Shown piece by piece: positions 36,456 to 52,146 of a stretch of DNA of 64,000 nucleotides. Within the stretch, counting starts at the first letter, position 1. Each line of letters starts with the position of its first letter. The stretch is from Plasmodiophora brassicae. Taxonomy: Eukaryota. The notes beneath the pieces were generated by a model, which saw only the letters and a list, made by a program, of their open reading frames with translations, searched no databases and was not told where the DNA came from. The DNA is taken from assembly GCA_036867785.1 (NCBI GenBank), contig CP145413.1, forward strand, positions 992,001 to 1,056,000. The letters run 5' to 3'. Position numbers and translations under genes: made by a program.

Positions 36456-36679
36456 GACCTGCACCGAGCAATACAACATCTGTGTGTTCCTACTGTACGG
36501 CAGCACTGCTGTTTATCCTTGCCCTGACAGCCTGAGGTGGCGGCGAGTCGTACAACTGCCGGGAGCCCGGGACAGAGCGGTTTTGAACGTTTGGTTCGTG
36601 TGCTGTGCTTCACAGGGCCGCATTCAACGTTCCCCAAGGCAAGCAGCGCGGTTCGGGTAGTTGGCACAGTCATCGAGAC

Positions 36680-37833
36680 ATGCTGTCCAGGGCGGGGGTT
36701 CGCGTTGCGTCCAGGCGGGCGCGCTTCAGCAAGTTGATCGGCGCGCAGTTCGATGAATCGGGCGGGTTCAGCAAGGAGGTCAGGCGGCAACGGCCCGAAT
36801 CCGGACGTCGACGGCGTACTGAACGTCTGTCAGTTCGGCGGGTTCAACGAGATCTTCGAAGGCAACCGACGCTGGATCGAAAGTCGCGACCCCTCGTTCT
36901 TCGCCATGCATGCAGAGAGCCAGGCCCCTCGGTACCTGTGGATCGGGTGCTCTGACAGCCGAGGTGACGAAGGGGTATCGTGTGCCCAGCGACCTTCTGA
37001 TATGCTCCGCCCACAGTTTCAGCTCAGAACATCACTGGCCTCACCACTGGGCAGGTGTTCGTCCACCGCAACATCGCCAACACGGTCATCGTCACCGATA
37101 CCAGCATGCTCTCCGGTAATGCAGTGTAGGAGGGGGGTCGCCTTGCGACCTTGGCTGATGCCCTGTTTCGTCACAGTGCTGGAGTACGCCGTATGCGCTC
37201 TCAAGGTCCCCCACATCATCGGTGAGTCCAGCGGTCCTGTCTACGCCTGCGCGTCTTCTGATCACAATGATCGGCGTCAGTTTGCGGTCACTATGGCTGC
37301 GGAGGCGTGCAGGCCGCTTTGGAGAAGGCAGGCGCTGACCCGGCGTCGAACTGGCTGCTCGTCGCTGACCGAATCCCATTGGCAGCATGACGAGGGGACC
37401 CTAAGCAACTGGCTGTGCAATATTCGAGATGTGCATCGCGTCCATCGCAAGGAGATCGAGGCGATCGGCGATGATCGAGGTAACGCTTGCTGGACTCGAT
37501 GGGAGCAGCAGGCTCACAGAGGGATCGTCCAGAATTGCAGGTGCGACGCCTGGTCGAACTCAACGTCAAAGAGCAATGCATCAACCTGTAGGCCACCTGT
37601 CCGCTGAGCGCCGACCTCGAAACGGTTCAGGAACGGATGCCTACCCATGTAGGTTGAAAACGGCGACCGTCCAGCGAAGCCTGCGGGAGACGGGCATGCC
37701 GCACGTGCACGGCATGGTGTACGACATCCAGGACGGCGTCCTCAAGGAATTGCAGATCGATTTCCGGTCGATCATGGGGAACCTCGCCGACGTCTACTCC
37801 CTCTATGCGCACATGCACGAGACCAACGAATGA
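36680..37833 (+). CDS. Beta-class carbonic anhydrase with a mitochondrial-type presequence
   Basis: QAPRYLWIGCSDSR, VFVHRNIAN, VLEYAV, CGHYGCGGV, VHGMVYDIQDGVLKEL; many introns; Arg/Ser-rich N-terminus. Confidence 0.92.
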
Positions 37834-37929
37834 CGGGACATGTTCCCTGTACGCCAGTGTTTCCCCTATTGAATGTAAATCGGGCACTCATCCCATTGCG
37901 ACGCGTGTCTGTGTGTTCGAAAGGGAGAT

Positions 37930-40708
<2,779 letters not shown>

Positions 40709-41175
40709 GGTCGTTTGGGCGGGCAGGTCCTGCCTGTCCGCCACGGCGTCCGCAGCTGCAACGCACACACTGCTGGCGGAGTGTATTTTTAGTCGGCGGG
40801 GCGCCCTCCCTGACCTGTTTGGACTTTGGCCACTGAGTCCCTGGTTGGCGGCTGGCCTGCCTGAGAGAACGACCCACGCCTGTGCCGGTTCCATCTCTGC
40901 ACCGGCTCCAGCACTGCTGCGTGCAATGAAGAGCGGGCTGTGGGGTGCTCCTGGTTCGGCTGCCCCTGTTGCATTCAGTGCAACCCCCCGGGGCACCTTT
41001 GTCGCCTCGATGAAGTCGGACTCGGAGGCGGCGATTCTAAATTGGGGACGGGCCGGTCCCGTAATGGTGGTGGTACGCGATGGATGCCAGCCGCAGGCTT
41101 CATAGTACAATCATCTTGCCATATCTATAATGACAGCTTCAGCAGCAGAGCCCAAGCGGTAGGCCTGCACAGGCA

Positions 41176-41736
41176 TTGATGCTGCATGTTCGCGGCTGAC
41201 GACGGTCGCTGGACAGGTTGAACCCGGCATCGTTTCCGCAACTGAATGCCATGCTCAAGGCAGGACCGCGACCCGTTCCGCGTCGACATACACTGCATGA
41301 ACGTGCTCCGGCATTGCCAGTAGACGCGATGCTGGCCCGCCCCGCGATCTCCAGCCAAAGGAGACGCGCGCCGACAGTCGAACATCTAGCCGCCAGGCAC
41401 GCTGCTGCAAGGGCGGGCCATGAACCGCACCTTCCGACCATAGTCGACGATGACAAACCTGATCGTTCCAGCGCGGGGAAGGCGCCGCCAACGTCAGCCC
41501 CAGCCTCGCCAGCAGAACGCGATGCAATTGAACAAGACATTGGAGTCGCGGGCGACCGTGATGACGGCCATGTTAGTGCAAAGGTATCGTCGACGTCGAC
41601 AATTGGTCGCGACGCGACTGCTGAAGGACGAGGCGAAGTCGCGTGCAATCGTGCTGAAATCGTGCCGGTATTGCCGATCGTCGCCCTTGTTCGCCAGTTG
41701 CTGGACGTGTTCCGGCAGTACTTTCTATGGCACTGA
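41176..41736 (+). CDS. Hypothetical low-complexity protein
   Basis: Open frame of more than 170 aa filling the gap between ProRS and CCZ1; no recognised motif. Confidence 0.3.
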
Positions 41737-42101
41737 ATTGGGCATGTGTCGAGCGCATGCCCAACGTAATACATTGCCAACGGCAGACGGGAGCTCGGAA
41801 CAGGATCGCGTCAGGCGACGGTCGCTCCGTTCCTGGGCAGGACTGCAGCTATGTGCATAGCCCTCCTGCAGGGTGCACACTGACAATCACCTGATACGCC
41901 AGACGTGACTGCGCAGGCGACGATCAAGACCGTCGCGTAAAAGGCTGACAAATGCTGGTCCCTGCGTAGCGATGGCGCCGGGAGCCAGCGGCCGACAAGC
42001 CGGATGCGCTGTCATGTGGGCGACACGTACGACGGACGCGGTCCGGACGACGACAACGACGAAGGTGGCCGCGGCGGCGTTTTGTGTCGGTCTGTCGAGT
42101 G

Positions 42102-43851
42102 ATGCCGACGGCGACCATCGTCGGCCTGTTCCTCGCCTGCCCGCGTCTGTCGCGCAGCGAGGACGACGAGGTCGCCAAGATCGTCGCGTTCCACCCGGCG
42201 GCGACGCCGGCCGCCGAGCAGTGCCGGCTGCAGGGGCTCGTCGAGGCCACGCAGCACTTCGCCAGGTTCGTTCGTCGGGCGAAGAAGGGGGCGGCGTCGG
42301 CGCCGGTCTGATTGCGGAACCAGGGAGTTTCACGCGCACGTCCCGTGCGATTCGATCGAGTATCGCGATCACAAGTTCGCGGTAGTCGACGCGGCCGATG
42401 GCCTGCACCTGGCGCTGGTCGTCCAGCATGGGCACGATTGCCTCGCCGACATGCACGTCGTGCTGAGGCATTGCCTCGGCCTCATGCAGGTTGCAACAGG
42501 AAACTCGCTCCCATCATCGCCACGATCTCACGTACGGTGTGGGGTGCCCAGATGCTGCATGGGCCCATCAACCAAGCGCTCGATGACGAATGTGGAGTCG
42601 ATGACCTCAGGCGGGGTGCACAGCGGTTTCTCGACTGTTACGGCGCCTGCATCGACTTCGGTTCACCGGCCATCAACGTTAGCGGAGAAGGTATTGGCCG
42701 GTCCGGCCATGCCCACTGGTCACGTGACGTCCCTGTGATCGTTGGCCGCCATTGTAGGGCTGTCGTACATGTCTGTGGATCGCCTGATCTACTGCGCCCT
42801 ACAGTGCATGATCAATCGCGTCGAGTGCGGTGACGATAATAAGTGTACGTATGGGGAACCTGCGATGCGTTGTCAGTCCCCGCGTCGCATGCTGACCGCC
42901 CGTAACACAGCTGGCGAGTTCCTGTGCGTGTTGTACGCAGGACGATTGCTCTGGAGTGCCCTGCCTGATCCGACTTGCAACCTTCTACTGTGCGGTCTGG
43001 AGCAGAAGCAGTACTCTGCCATTCGTGACGAGTACTGCAAGGCTCTGCCATCGGGGTCGTACGTTGTATGCTAGTGCCGGCATGCGACGTTTAACAGCCC
43101 ACGACAGGTCCGACTCGAAGAAACAGTTCTGGGTCTTCTCGGCGGCACTGCCTTCCTCAGATGGATCTGAGCGATACCAACGTCGCCAAGTCGTTGTCGT
43201 ACGGGTTGGTGTCGTTCGGCAAACAGATCTGCTTCTCCGTTATATTGTCTTATAACTAGTACGCGTCGTGCAGCATAATCAGCTCTGTATATATTTTCGC
43301 GCCGATAGCCACGACGTCGAAGTGGCGCGTCGTGTCCTGACCGACCTTGACCTGCTGCCGCTGTGTTCACAGTTGATGAATTATGCTAAGCGCCGGTACC
43401 TCCACTCGCGTCAACCGTGTCAGGCTGTTCCTGACCGCAGCGGCATGTTGCAGGTCGGTTTCAGAAGCGGTTCGATTCATATACTATAATGGCGTCAACC
43501 TGGCGATTAAGAGCAGCGTCCACGCGGGCACGCTGGACCCTAAATGGTCTCCGCAGTGCTTCGTTGTCATACGAGCCATGCAACGTGCGTTCAGCAGTCG
43601 AAACGCTCCGGTCGAGATCACCCTGCAGAGTCAGTGCTCCCGCTGGGTCATCGGGAAACGCTTCCCCGTCACCGACCGCACCTATTTCATCATCGTCAAC
43701 GACCCCACCAACGACATCGACCAAATCGAACGTCAGTACTCCAGGTCCGCATGTCGCACGCCGGCCCACCCCCTCTCACACGTTGTGTGCACCATCAGGC
43801 GAAGTCAACAAACTGGAGCACACGACGCTCTCCAGCATATGTCTAATATGA
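42102..43851 (+). CDS. CCZ1: CCZ1 vacuolar fusion protein (longin domains, Rab7 GEF subunit)
   Basis: KIVAFHP...EQCRLQGLVEATQHF, RFIYYNGVNLAIKSS, EITLQ...WVIGKR...YFIIVN...EVNKL. Confidence 0.75.
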
Positions 43852-44032
43852 ACAATGTACATAGCCGGTATATATGCGATTGACGGCAGGTGTGATGTGT
43901 GGCACGGTAATTGCATGTGAGCAAGGTACCCACCGGCCGAAGTACCTATTATAGTGCGACTGCGAGCCAGTGCGGAGTTGGGAACGCGCGGTGGGGCCAT
44001 ACTGCCAAATTGGGGCGTCTCGCGTTGTGACC

Positions 44033-44610
44033 ATGGGCGACGTCACCGCCGACGAGTTCGACAACAGGAACGTGGCGTTCCTGAACGGCAAAGGCTTCTG
44101 GGTCTTCTACATCGCGACGATCCTCGTGTTCCGGTACCTGCTGTTCGCCATCCCGATCCTGCATTGGCGGCACTGCGCGTGGACCGTCGTCCATCAGATC
44201 CATACCGCGGTGCGTTTGGAGTGAAACCCATTATGCAGCCGGTTCGTGTGGATGATGCGTGCACAGGTGACGTTCCTGTTGTTCCACTGGAACAAGGGGT
44301 CGCCTGTGGCGGAAGACCAGGGCGTGTACGACGAGGAGACGTTCTGGGAGCAGATCGATCGGGGTACGCAGTACACGACGAACAGGAAATTCTTGACCAT
44401 CCTGCCCGTCATCGTGTACGTACCCTCGTGCGTTACGAACCGTGCTTGGTCCTTATTCGTCCATGTCGTTGCAGATTTCTGCTCGCATCGTACGAGAGCG
44501 GGTGGAATGTCGACCTGGTCGTGGCCAACACGATCTCGCTGGCCATCATCCTGATCGCCAAGAGCCCGTACATGCACCGCGTTCGAATACTGGGAATCAA
44601 CAAAGACTAG
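44033..44610 (+). CDS. ORMDL: ORM1-like sphingolipid regulator
   Basis: FHWNKGSP, TFWEQIDRGTQYTTNRKFLTILPVI, AKSPYMHRVRILGINK; two introns. Confidence 0.93.
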
Positions 44611-44671
44611 AGGGGCAGTCACTGTTCTTTGTGAGGTACGAACGTGAACGATGTATAGAATACGTAAGGTG

Positions 44672-45160
44672 TCAGGGGCGGTACCCAGCCATGCCGACGC
44701 TGGTAGCGGGCATTGCAGACGCCGGCATTGTAATCTTGTCCTCTTCCTTCAGCAGCTCATGGAACGACCAGGCGATGTAGCAGAAGTACGCGTTGATGAC
44801 GAGCATGATCCCGCGGCCCCAGTAGAAGCGGACAATGATGAGGGCCAGGTCCATGATGATCGAAAGGGATACCGCGAATATTGCGACCTTGGCGAAGAAT
44901 GCGCTCTTTGACAGTGCAGCGGTCAGGAACACGATGCCGACAACCAGGTGGACGGCGCCGCCGACCGACATCATCGTCTTGTAGTCCGGGTTGTTACTGA
45001 AGAAGTCCTTGTGCTCTTTCGACATCCAGTCCTGCGGCATCGGAAACGCCGCCGTCGACAGCATGACGATGCCCATGATCAGGTTCAGGGCCGCAAACAG
45101 GCTCATCCCCGTCGACAGCGTGTATCCGCATCCGCACGACTGCGCGCGCTTGCTCGGCAT
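44672..45160 (-). CDS. Small 4-TM protein, family member 4 (dispersed, inverted)
   Basis: RAQSCGCGYTLSTGM, PDYKT, YFCYIAWSFHELLKEE, ends GYRP. Confidence 0.82.
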   Translation of the reverse strand: MPSKRAQSCGCGYTLSTGMSLFAALNLIMGIVMLSTAAFPMPQDWMSKEHKDFFSNNPDYKTMMSVGGAVHLVVGIVFLTAALSKSAFFAKVAIFAVSLSIIMDLALIIVRFYWGRGIMLVINAYFCYIAWSFHELLKEEDKITMPASAMPATSVGMAGYRP

Positions 45161-45678
45161 AACAACAACCATCCTGGCAGCCGACGTCCACGAAAAAAGT
45201 GGGCCCCGCACCCGTTGTTGAGGCCTTGAGGGCAGCACGGCTCGGCTTCAGCCGGATCGGGTCCAGGAACAATCCACTTGAGGTTCCCGTGGCCATTTTG
45301 TCCGTGAGGCACACGGGGGGTCGGGTCGGTGCAAACCCGCCCCCGATCCGATAAACCCCGCACTGGTGGCGGTGGTGATGTTGCAGCATCCGTCCCGATA
45401 GCCCTTCCCCGGCCGTGTTGACTGCAGGCGCCCATATAATGTTCTGCCTGAACGCGAACGACCCGGTTTCACAGGTCGGAACGGGTGAATGCGACGAAAA
45501 CTGTCGCGGTCGTTCTCGTATTTTTAGCGACGTGGACACGGGCGATGCAGTGCTAGTCGTCGCCGTCGCCGTTGTTGCTGTCAGCTGCTCCAGATCGGCA
45601 GGTGTCAGGGGGCGTGGGTCGCGTCTGTCACTGACTCACTGCTTCCTGTATCGAAAGGTCGGGCGTCGGCTCGTTGCG

Positions 45679-46891
45679 ATGCTGGACGACGACGCATCGG
45701 GGTCCTGGCCGCAGCCGCTGCTCGGCGTCGGCACCGAATCGCACGGCGCGCACGCGTCGCGCGCCTCAGGGCCGAAATACCGCCTATCGTCGTCCGGGCG
45801 CCTGTTCCTCGCCGTCGTTGTCGCCGAAAGCGTGCTCGTCGCCGCGGAACGCCTGTTCACCGACGTCGTCTGGAAGCTGCCGACCGCTGCGTCCCACGGG
45901 CGCCTTGACTCCAGCGGCAACTGGTGGTTCTTCCTCTGCTTCTTGTGCGCGCGTCCCCCCTGAATGAACGATTCGTGGTGAGATCTGATTCTCGGGGCAG
46001 GATAAGCGCGTTGTACAACGTCCTGTTCGCGTTTGATGCTGTGCTGAACGAATCGAGACACGCGCTGTTCGCCTGCCTGGCGTCGTCGGCGCTGTTATCC
46101 GCTCGCGCCGTTGTCGAGTTCGCCTACAAGGAGTCGGCGTGTGCCAGCGCGGACATCAACTGGATCTGCATACCGGGCCTCATTGAGATCATCGCGTACC
46201 AGGTGTTCCTGATCAGCCTGGGCCTGGGCAGCGTCATCAGCCAGATGGGGTTCCGCTTCTACCGCATCGTCGGCGCCGACCTGGCTCTTCGCGAGATCTA
46301 CGAGCGATACGCGCAGTTCGTCACATTGTTCAGGTTGAATCAGGTCAGGTCGCTGCTGCTGTTAGACCTGAATGTTACCCTGACGGGTGTGCCCAACAGC
46401 AACTGACGTTGCTGGCGTTCTGCACCGCGTTGTTCTTTGCGACATCCGCGTTCCAGGTCGTCATGGCCGTGTTGTTCCTGGCGGTCGAGTGCGCCTGGGA
46501 GTTTACCGTTGTCGTTGCCGTTCACAACGAGGACGCTATGCTGACTAGGGTGTCATCGTTTGCGTCGCTCGCTGTCCCCGTCTACCTGGTATCCCTATTG
46601 GTGGTCCTATCTGGGGAACCGTTCTTCTACGACGGCCTGATGCTGTTCAAGATCTTCGCATTCGTTGTGCTCAGCATCTGCGCCCGCGCCGTTGTCGTGT
46701 ACTGCGCCAACCGCCTACAGTCGACGTATGGGCAAGGTTTCCGGTCGCGTATCCTTCCGAAACTGAACCTGCTGGCGCTGGCACTGCCCATTCGGACGCC
46801 AAGTATCGGCCTGAACGGGTTCGTTGCGCTCCATAATGAAGACAGTCAGCAGGAGCAACATTCGCAACAGCCTCCGCCTGGCGATCTATAA
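45679..46891 (+). CDS. Multi-pass membrane protein of unknown function
   Basis: Three exons with about 8-9 hydrophobic helices; GT-AG introns near 45950-46000 and 46343-46399. Confidence 0.6.
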
Positions 46892-46971
46892 GGTTACAAT
46901 GACCAGGATGCTGTCCGATAAACCTAGCTCGACGAATCATATTATTTCAAACGCATGGGTCCTTTGCGTTT

Positions 46972-48830
46972 TTACTTTACGACTTGCATGCTCGCCCGGT
47001 TAATGCGGATCTTCTGTGGAGCATGCTGTTCGTCCTCCTCGTCACCGAAGTCACTCGGGATCGTGTCGAACGGGCCGACCGCCTCTCGCGGGCCGTATGG
47101 CGCATAGATGGTGACCAACTGTCGCACGCGACTGAACAGCGGCTCCGACTTGGGCGGATCACCCTGTATCGCTTCGGGAGGCCACGACAGGGACTGATTA
47201 TCGAACATCTCAGACCTATGCGAAGAGGCCGTCAGACACATTCAATGGACATTCAACGGCGCCCCCTGACCATTGCCCAATGCCTTCAATCCCGACACCA
47301 AGCAGAAGACTGTGGTCGCATGCCGGAGACCACCAGCTGGGGAGATTACTGGCAGAAGGTGGCGGTTCTCGCATGATGAGCGATTCCAGGTCGGGGTTGA
47401 CCAGAACCCGTGTGCGAAGTTGGTTCATGAGCGACAGCCGTTTCCTGAACTTCTTGGCGACGACATGGGTCATGGGTTCCTCGGTGGACGATGGGCGACA
47501 GGGCGGTGGCGGGGGTCCTGGAACAGGGAGGACCCCAGGAGCCATCCGCGCTGATTCTTCGCAGAACGACTGGAACACCTTGATCAGCGTCGAGTTACGC
47601 TTGTGGCGAAGGCCGTCTCGCCGTCGAACGTTCGACCAGTCCATCTGTCCAGTTACGGGATCACGGCAAACGCCATAGATCATCAGCGCGCGCATGAAAT
47701 CGATTCGCTGACGTTTCGTGAACAATTGTGCACGATCCTCCACAAGGCGCCGTTTCTCGGGCCTCTTCAGCGTCCCCAGCGCCGACCCATTCGTTATCGG
47801 GACCCGGCCGGGTCCGTCTCCCGATGCTCCTTCGTTCAAGAGGCGATCCAGACGAGCCATGATGACATCGTCGCTTGGCGGCCATTCCAACTCCTTCGAA
47901 AACGGCAAACTCTCGTCGGATTTGATGGCGCTGATCTGTGTCCACCCATGACGGTGGGCACCAAGCACCAGTGCTCGGTCATCGTCGGGGGCCCATCCGG
48001 GCACCAGCGGCGGCAAGTCGCTTTCAAGCAGCACATCGTATCCGACCTGGTCGCGAAGAAACACCACCTCTTGCAGCAGATGCAGCGCACGAATTCGTCT
48101 GGCCCACTGGCCGGCCTGCTTTCGAAGTAGGCGCCATCCGGAAATCGCTTCGGGAACTTTCGCGGACGATGGTGCAACGGACTCCAGGTACCTTCGCAGG
48201 GCACCTGGCGGACAGTGCTGATGCAACGCGCTCACGAACGCGCCGGTAAACTCCACGATTTCCTCCACCGTTCGTCTAACCAGTTCCGCACGTTCGCGTA
48301 TGGCAACAGGTCGCATGTGCCCGACGTCCAAGAGTGCCCGTTGGAATCGATCGCGCTCCTGGACCGACCACGGCGACGACAGGACATGCAACCCGCCCTG
48401 CACCCGTCCCCGATCAGCGCTGGACCGCGCCAGCAGAAAATACATCTCGTGAGCGGGAGCGCATCCCGATGTGCACGGCACCTGGATCAGGTCGCCCGAT
48501 TCCAACGGGACTGGTGCACAGCCGACAGCGAAGATCAGCCCGTTGACGATGACGCCCGTTTTGCCCACGGCCGACAACTCGAACCGCCTCAACCCGAAGT
48601 TGAACTGGACGATGGCGTGAATCCGCGCGATATCGCCGCAATCGCCCAAGTGCAAATCTGGACACCGCCGGCGATCAGCCTGTCGTTACCGGTGCGCTGG
48701 GACGATTCCGCGTACCGACGCCGCGTTTGTCGCCCTTGCCGAGCGACACCGACAGCTTTCGCACCGGATACGCCGGGCGGTCGCCGGCGATCGGCTGCAG
48801 GATCGCGAACGCCGGCGCCTGGGCCGCCAT
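46972..48830 (-). CDS. FHA-domain protein fused to CHD6-9-type SANT/SLIDE-like modules
   Basis: FHA: SLGK...HLGDCGDIARIHAIVQFN...GKTGVIVNG...LESGDLIQV. CHD-like: WSVQERDRFQRALLDVG, WAPDDDRALVLGAHRHGW, FTKRQRIDFMRALMIYGV, LPSWWSPACDHSLLLGV. 3' end uncertain. Confidence 0.7.
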
Positions 48831-49185
48831 CGTATGCGGACACCGCAACGCGCACACCACCACAGAGAGCGCCCGCCCACAGACAGTCGGCCGAGGGCGG
48901 CGCCGCGCGTGCCGTAGGCGATACCGAATCGGCCGCATGGCGGCAGTAACGCTCATCGACCCGGAATACGCCAATGCATTTTTGGACCGCCGACCCGATC
49001 GTCCACTGTGTGCCGCCCCGGCCCCGCCCATCCCAAAACCCGCTCGTCTGCACAGCCGATGTTCGTTTCGTCCGCTGGGGTGGCCTTTTCCGGAGCCCCC
49101 ACCGTTTCGCCGGGCCAGATATGACCAGGCCACCAGGCAGAAGATACGGTGGCGCACGATTCATCATATCCTCGGTTCGTGTGAC

Positions 49186-50028
49186 ATGGGCAGCGTCGAC
49201 GCTCCCGCCAAAGTCGTGGATGGGGGCCCGCAGTCGCCGAGGAAGGTGCAGGTCCCGACGCCGTCGGCGATGGCGCTGACGGCCGAGCGGAAAGGGCTGC
49301 CGTACTGCAGCGCGTGCAAGACGCTGATTAGGGGCGTGGCTAGCAAGGCGCTGTATGCGCACTCGGGGTGGTTGTCCAGGAAGAAGTCTATGCTGCATCC
49401 AAAGACGCGTCGATGGGTTATTGTCATGAGTGGCCATGTCCTGTACTATGAGGACCCGAAGGACGTCGGCGCCTCGTTGCCGAATGGGGTCGTTCACCTG
49501 AAGGACGGGTCGCTCGAAGCGTGCGATGAGCCGCTCATGTTCCAACTCACCGACGACAATAACTCGAAGCTCGTCAAGCTGGAAGCGATTAGTGAGACGG
49601 AGAAGCGCCAATGGATGGCGGTGATCAGGAAGCAGATCCCACCATCACCGGTTCCGCGCCTGACCAGCCGTATTACTTCCCCGACCCAGTTCTGCAGCGA
49701 CTGTCAGGCGACCATCGCCCTGGAGGAATTCACGCTCGCCCAACATGTCGGATGGATAACGAAACGCGGTGGTGACGTCAAGACCTGGAAACGACGATGG
49801 GCCGTGGTGGCCAACTCACACCTCTGCTACTACGAGAACCCGGAAGACGTATCGGTCTTCAAGCCTCTCGGCATGCTCCACCTGTCCAAGGGCGCGGCTA
49901 AACCCAGTACTGCGCTCGGCAAGGAGTACATGTTCGAAGTTGAATGCACCGGGCGAACGTACTTCTTCGTGGTGGACACGCAGCAGGACCTGGACGGATG
50001 GCTAACCACTTTGGGATATTCAGGCTGA
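49186..50028 (+). CDS. Tandem PH-domain protein
   Basis: HSGWLSRK...RRWVIV...LYYE and HVGWITKRGGDVKTWKRRWAVV...DLDGWLTTL; each PH domain is preceded by CxxC. Confidence 0.88.
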   Translation: MGSVDAPAKVVDGGPQSPRKVQVPTPSAMALTAERKGLPYCSACKTLIRGVASKALYAHSGWLSRKKSMLHPKTRRWVIVMSGHVLYYEDPKDVGASLPNGVVHLKDGSLEACDEPLMFQLTDDNNSKLVKLEAISETEKRQWMAVIRKQIPPSPVPRLTSRITSPTQFCSDCQATIALEEFTLAQHVGWITKRGGDVKTWKRRWAVVANSHLCYYENPEDVSVFKPLGMLHLSKGAAKPSTALGKEYMFEVECTGRTYFFVVDTQQDLDGWLTTLGYSG

Positions 50029-50062
50029 TGCTGGTGCTTGGGCCGCATATTTATTACATTAA

Positions 50063-51111
50063 TCACCGTTCGATGAACGGCTGCCTAAACGCCTCGTAAA
50101 TTCGCGTTGCCTTCAGTGTCCCTATTCCCGGGCACTGGCTCAGCTCGTCAACGGATGCATTGATAACCTATAGCGATTTGAGCACAGGCTGGCTGCGACG
50201 CACGCGCGTACCAGCAGCCCACATTAGCTAGGGAGCCAAACGTCTGCGCCAGCGTTACGACGTCGGTCTTGTTGACAGACTTGATGAGTGTAAGCACCGA
50301 GGAGAACACGGCCGCGTGATCCCGTTCGATGCGCTCCTTGATGGCATCGGGCGGCGCATTCTCCATCGACTTGAAGGATTCGATGTACTGTGCCGCTTCC
50401 GGTATACTAAAACTACAGATGATCGTCCACTTATTGATGAACGACAAGCGAGTCAGGTCCTCAATAGGCCCTGCGCTGTCTTCGACGTCGACCAGGAGAA
50501 GCAGGATTCGCACACGATAAGACTGCCGCAGGGCACTCATTCGTGAATGGATATACTCTGGGGTTAGTACATGATACCTGGATTCCAGCAAGTCAGAGCA
50601 ACGATACCAATTGAAGTTCGACCGGCAACCTAGCTGAGAGGAAGAGGATGCATGCGCTCTGACCAACCTGGTAGTCGCAGAGAATATGATCGACAAACTG
50701 CCAACGAATATTCCTCATATGATGCAACACAGGGTTCTTCTCCTGCTTCCGACTAACAAGGATCACATTTGGGTCCACTTGCACAGGGGTTGGGTTCGCT
50801 CGTTGCACAGGCGCACTTTGGACAGGAGCGACTGGTGCAACTGGCCGTGGAGGATCATGTGGAGGCGATGGAGCGCAGCGAGGGGGTGCTGGGGCCGGTT
50901 CCACAGCACGAGACGCGAACAGATCCGGAACAGCCGTCGACACTGCTTGAGGCCTCGACGGGATTCGGAACCGGAACGATGCGGCCGTCGGTGCAGTCGT
51001 ACCGTTCGTGTCTGTCCGCTGAACCAGAACAGACCTGTTGGAAGGTGGATCGGCGCCACTCATCGTCTCAGTGGTGGTAGGAGTAGTTTGCAACGCAGTC
51101 CGTGCGGACAT
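50063..51111 (-). CDS. ERCC1: DNA excision repair protein ERCC1/Rad10
   Basis: ILVSRKQEKNPVL, DYQVG...ILFLS, RYHVLTPEYIHSR, SVNKTDVVTLAQTFGSL, CPGIG; start may be 51063. Confidence 0.93.
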
Positions 51112-51254
51112 GTATAATTATAGCTCTCGCTCTTTCGACTTGCAGCTGCAGCCTATGCTAATCGTTACAATAATCGCACTGAGGAAAACTCTGTTCGTGA
51201 GGTATTCGTCTTATGATAGGAATACGCATGTGTAGTACATAAAGTCGTAACGCG

Positions 51255-52048
51255 TTATGCATTTCTGTCCTTCCAGGTCGACTTCCGAAGCTTGATGGGA
51301 CGATTGCCGACGTACTTGCCTGTCGCAATAACAGTCAGACGTGATATCCATGGGATGCAAATAGGGAAACTGCACACCGTTCATGTCCTTGAACGCGGCA
51401 ATGAAGTCGTTGACATCGAGGAAACTGACGAAGCCGTACCCCTTGGTCTTCATCGTTCGCTTGGTTCGGACAACTTTCGCCTTCGCAAACGACGGATACT
51501 TGGAGAAAACGTTCGCCAGCATCTCATCGTTGACCTCATTGCCAAGATCGCCACAGAACAACCTGTAATCATCTGAATCGCCAGTAATTAGCCAAGGGCC
51601 TTATCGGATGATAATGCGCATGCCTACTTTCAGGCCATTCAATCAATGTAGGGTCTTCCCAGACGTCCCCGGCTGCTTTCCGAGTGACCGAACCGACTCG
51701 AGGAGCACGACCGTACCCAGATGCAGCCTGCTGCGCTTCGGTGCGGAACTGTTGCGCCTTCGCCTGCGCTTCATTATACTTATTTTTCATATCGGTCTCG
51801 TACGCTGTACTGTACGTATGCGTCCGCGGTGGCTCAGCGACGGTCGCCATCGTTGCCGACCGCGACGGCGCTGGCCCGCCAGATAGCACAGATGTCGACA
51901 TCCGCATTTGCGGCGGCTGCCGGACCGGCACACCTTTAGCTGGAGCTCCTGTCGGCCCCGAAGCCGCTGGTGGCGGCGCTGCCAGCTGCGTCAGTTCGGC
52001 CTCGAAGTCGGCCAAAGCCGCCGACAGATTGGCAGGCGCCTCCGACAT
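51255..52048 (-). CDS. RBM42: RNA-binding protein 42
   Basis: AAGDVWEDPTLIEWP, DYRLFCGDLGNEVND, KTKGYGFVSF, GKYVGNRPIKLRKSTWKDR. Confidence 0.92.
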
Positions 52049-52146
52049 CGTCAACGAACGTCGACCTGTCACGGAGTAATCGTGCGGACCTGTCAGCTGC
52101 GGCAGGTTAAACAGCAAGGCAAGACAGCCGTGTATTAATCGCGTTT

